Positions 60,596 through 64,000 of a DNA stretch of 64,000 nucleotides are shown here, one piece after another. This DNA is from Scyliorhinus canicula (lineage: Eukaryota): NCBI RefSeq assembly GCF_902713615.1, contig NC_052147.1, positions 254,420,886 to 254,484,885 of the forward strand, written 5' to 3'. Position 1 is the stretch's first letter; each line of letters starts with the position of its first letter. The position numbers were made by a program, and so were the translations under genes. Below the pieces are notes generated by a model. That model worked only from the letters and a program-made list of their open reading frames with translations, did not search any database and was not told where the DNA came from.

Positions 60596-61685
60596 TGTTA
60601 CGATCCCAGTTGATGTTACAACTGGACGGGAAGGTTCCAGAATGGAACCCTGGCCTAAAAGATCGTGACGTTTTAAAATAGAACATAGAACTTAGTTTTA
60701 ACAAGGAAAAAACATTTATTAAATATGGAAAAATTGGATTATGATACAATACTCCTTTACCCTCTCAGTTTAACAATTGCGTATGGGTTTTAGGATTAAT
60801 ATGGATTACAAAGTACATTTTAAATTACTATAGTCTAATTAACACCCAAAGTCCCTTTAAAGCACACAAGATAACTGTGGTAAGACCCACTGCTCCCTAA
60901 ACCCGAGCGATTACTCCACAAAATCCCCCCAGATGATCCTTATACTGCGAGCCACCTGGTCTCACTGAACTCCAGCTTCCACACAAGTGATTTAAAATTC
61001 TACTTTCAAAAGTCACACTTTCAAAACTTCTTTCAAATTATATTTTCCCTTCATTGCTTCCATCAAGGTTTTACACCTCTCCTTTCAGGTTTCCTTTGTC
61101 TGAAAGGCATGAACTCTGAGGCCCAGCCACTGATTTCCACAATTATTTCAAATAATGTCTCCTAAACTGTAGTAATTTCTCACAAACCTTATCACACCTG
61201 CAGATATATTTCTGACCTCTCATGATCCAATGCATTTTCAACTCTAAGTGACTTTTCTGAACAGTAATCTGTTCTGCTGCCCAGTTTCCTCTGTTCCGTT
61301 ATCTCCAAACTTCTTGGAAACTTCTCTTAATTTCTCTAGTTTCCTTAACTAACTGGACTTAAGATTTACAGTACATGTTCTCTTATCCATTAGTCCGTAG
61401 TATGTTTTTTCTTCTAGCAAAGCTGAAACACATGTTTCCACGTTAGCCTTGTAAAACCAACCACATCTAGCAGATCTGTGAGAGCTGCCTTCTCTCTCAG
61501 TACGTCTCTCCAACTGCAATCAAATTAGCTAAACTATCATTAAAAATGTCTCTGCGTGAGAAGGCCCCAGTTGCTAAGCTGCTGGTATGTTTACTCTTCA
61601 TGACGTAGACCTCTCCAAGCACAGTAGAATCACAGTTGGATTTGAAACCAACACCCAGACACCTTTGTCCAGCATGAATCTAACA
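60596..61685 (-). mobile_element. Probable solo LTR (1,090 bp)
   Basis: TGTTA...TAACA termini. Flanks ATCGGT (60590-60595) and ATAGGT (61686-61691). Minus-strand AATAAA at about 60716. Confidence 0.65.
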
Positions 61686-61744
61686 ATAGGTTTCACCGTT
61701 CTAGGCACAGAAACATTAAATTCAACTGACTAAAAACTATACAG

Positions 61745-62362
61745 GGGACGGGATTCTCAGAGTCTCTGTGCCGCAATCGTGCTTGGCGTGGGGGCGGAGA
61801 ATGGGTGTCAGAGCCGCGATCGGGTCCGACACCGCTCCCGTGATTCACTGGGGACCGGAGAATTGCCGCCAATCGCGCGCGCGATGCGGCGCCAGCTGGG
61901 GGCCATTGAAAGAGGCCCCGGTGGCAATTCTCTGCCGGCAATTGGCCAAGTTCTCACCGACGTGGTTCATTCATGGTTCCACTGACCGCGGCTACTCTAG
62001 TGGGGGCGGGGCGATCCATCACGGTGCTGGGCCTCCAGGATGGCCAGGCTCACGATCGGGGGCCACCGATCAGCGGGCGCACGTGATCTTGGGTGGGGGG
62101 GGGCCCTATATTGTTGGGATCGGTCCGCAGTGTGGGTCCACCATGTTGCGCGGGGCCGCCACCGTGAGCATGCGCAGACCCGCGGCCAGAAGTGCAGGGC
62201 CCCATATTGGGAGCGGAGCTGCGAGGACTACTCCGGTGCCCTGCTAGCCCCCTCTCAGGTAAGTCAATCGCTCTGGACTTTCTCCAGGAAAATCTAGAGT
62301 GATTTGCGCCCATTTTCACGTGGGCCTGGGGACATAGCCCCATTATCATAGAATTCCACCCC
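61745..62362. mobile_element. GC-rich MITE
   Basis: GGGACGGGATTCTC ... AGAATTCCACCC ends. Interior shares motifs with the other GC-rich MITEs. Confidence 0.7.
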
Positions 62363-63399
62363 GTATTTTTAATGTTTACCAATACAATTATAAATCCCTT
62401 AAAACTACCTTTGTTTTCCTACATCAGAAACTATGGGCTATATTTTTCCGACTCATTGGCGATGATCTGGAGCTAGAGGACATGCTTGATGGGTGATGTA
62501 TGGGCCAGAGAGGATCCCTGGAGGTAATGGTGACCCTGAAAGCAATGTTGCTACCATTGACCTATGAACAAACCCCACCCCTGGAAATTCTGATTGCCAG
62601 GTTCTGGCTGCTAGCCTTATCATCTTCCAATAAATGCTGGCCAGAGTACTCTGGGGTTCTAAGTTCAAATCCCACCACTGCAGATGGTGAAATTTGAATT
62701 CAATAAAAATCTGAAATTGAAAAGTTTCATCATGACCATGAAACCATTGTAGATTGTCATAAAAACCCATCTGGTTCACTAATGTCCTTTAGGGATGGAA
62801 ATCTGCCACCCTCACTTGGTCTGGCCTATATGTGACTCCAGAACCACAGCAATGTGGTTGACTCTTAACTTCCCTCAAGGGCGATTAGGGATAGGCAATA
62901 AATGCTGGCACAGCCTGCGATGCCCACGTCCCATGAACGAACAAAATAAACAGAAATGTAAAAAAAACACTGACTGCCTTTGAAGGATACCAGGCATTGG
63001 CAGATCCTCTCCCTGGCATTTCAACATCAGCAATGGGCACCCCTAGTGGTGATGCTGCTGAGCTGCTGGCCCACTGATTGGTTGCCTCTGGCAATATGCC
63101 ACTTAGTGACCCACCAGCAGCCTATGCAGGTTTGGTTATTGCTTTTTGCCCAGGGAAATGACCTAGCCATTTCCGTTCTCACCAAATTTCAGCAAAAATC
63201 ACAACATTTTGACCAGCCACGTTAGCCACATAAATCCCATATTGGCCAAGGTGGTCAGAGGCAAGGTTTTCCATGTGAGGTTAGCAGGAAGGTGGGGCTC
63301 GGGTGGAAGGGTCTGAAAGGCAAATGCTTGACTAGGAAGGGACGCTGAGACAAGGCAGAGGCGTGGACTGGAGAGCAAAGGCTTAATTGGGGGTGGGGG

Positions 63400-63610
63400 G
63401 GGTGACTGGGGAACAGTACATGGAGATACATGATGTGGGGGGGGAATGAGTGAGGAAGAGAGCACAGAGACACGTGACATAGCTGGGATGAGTGGGAAGA
63501 GAGCACAGAGACACGTGACGTAGGTGGGATGAGTGGGAAGAGAGCACATAGACACATGACGTGGGGGAATGACTGGGGAAAAGAGCACAGAGACAAAGGG
63601 CGGGTGGGGA
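63400..63610. repeat. 41-bp minisatellite, about 5 copies
   Basis: AGCACA(G/T)AGACA recurs at 63461, 63502, 63543 and 63584. Confidence 0.85.
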
Positions 63611-64000
63611 CACAGGGGAGGTTATTGGTTGCAAACAGTGATAGAATTTCACCCAAGTTAGAGACTGGAAGAAGATATAGAGAAAAATTTGCAGTAAATA
63701 AACTGACTATTAGAAAGCAGAGGTCAAAGTACTGAAACACAGAATGACTCCAAATGCAAATGCATTGTTAAACAAGTGGTAATCATAACGATTGACAAAG
63801 AGAGCAAAAAAAAACTCTATTTATCAGTGCTTCCTTAATATTACTAATGCATTGCAAAGCTCATGCTAACTTGCTATAGCATTATTCTTCTTTGTATTCA
63901 AGGTTGGTCCGATCAACACAAGCGCAGAATCGGAAACCCTAGCTTTCCATTTTGCTTCGTCCCAATCTCAGCCGGTGCTAATTTTTCAAATCCCAATTGT

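Overview
A vertebrate, repeat-dense window with no identifiable host protein-coding gene. The HE1/V-SINE, HER1-like CR1 and Deu-SINE content points to a cartilaginous fish (shark). Roughly half of it is recognisable transposable-element DNA: three L1/Tx1-clade LINE copies, several CR1/L2 LINE remnants (one near full length with an esterase ORF1), a Penelope GIY-YIG remnant, a decayed pogo (POGK-like) transposase, a Gypsy integrase fragment, solo LTRs, many SINEs, and a family of GC-rich TIR elements (MITEs), some with 3-bp TSDs. The standout is a very young 4,397-bp LTR element (37741-42137, minus strand). It has LTRs that look identical by eye (264 bp), a 5-bp TSD, a tRNA-Leu-type PBS and a PPT, but no recognisable pol. 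Its single intact 1117-aa ORF is a short Gypsy Gag-like N-terminus fused to seven different tandem-repeat modules, all with unit lengths divisible by 3. One part of that ORF doubles as a dense NRF1/ETS/CRE/YY1 motif array. All family assignments come from my recall of consensus motifs, not from database searches, and repeat boundaries without a TSD are approximate.
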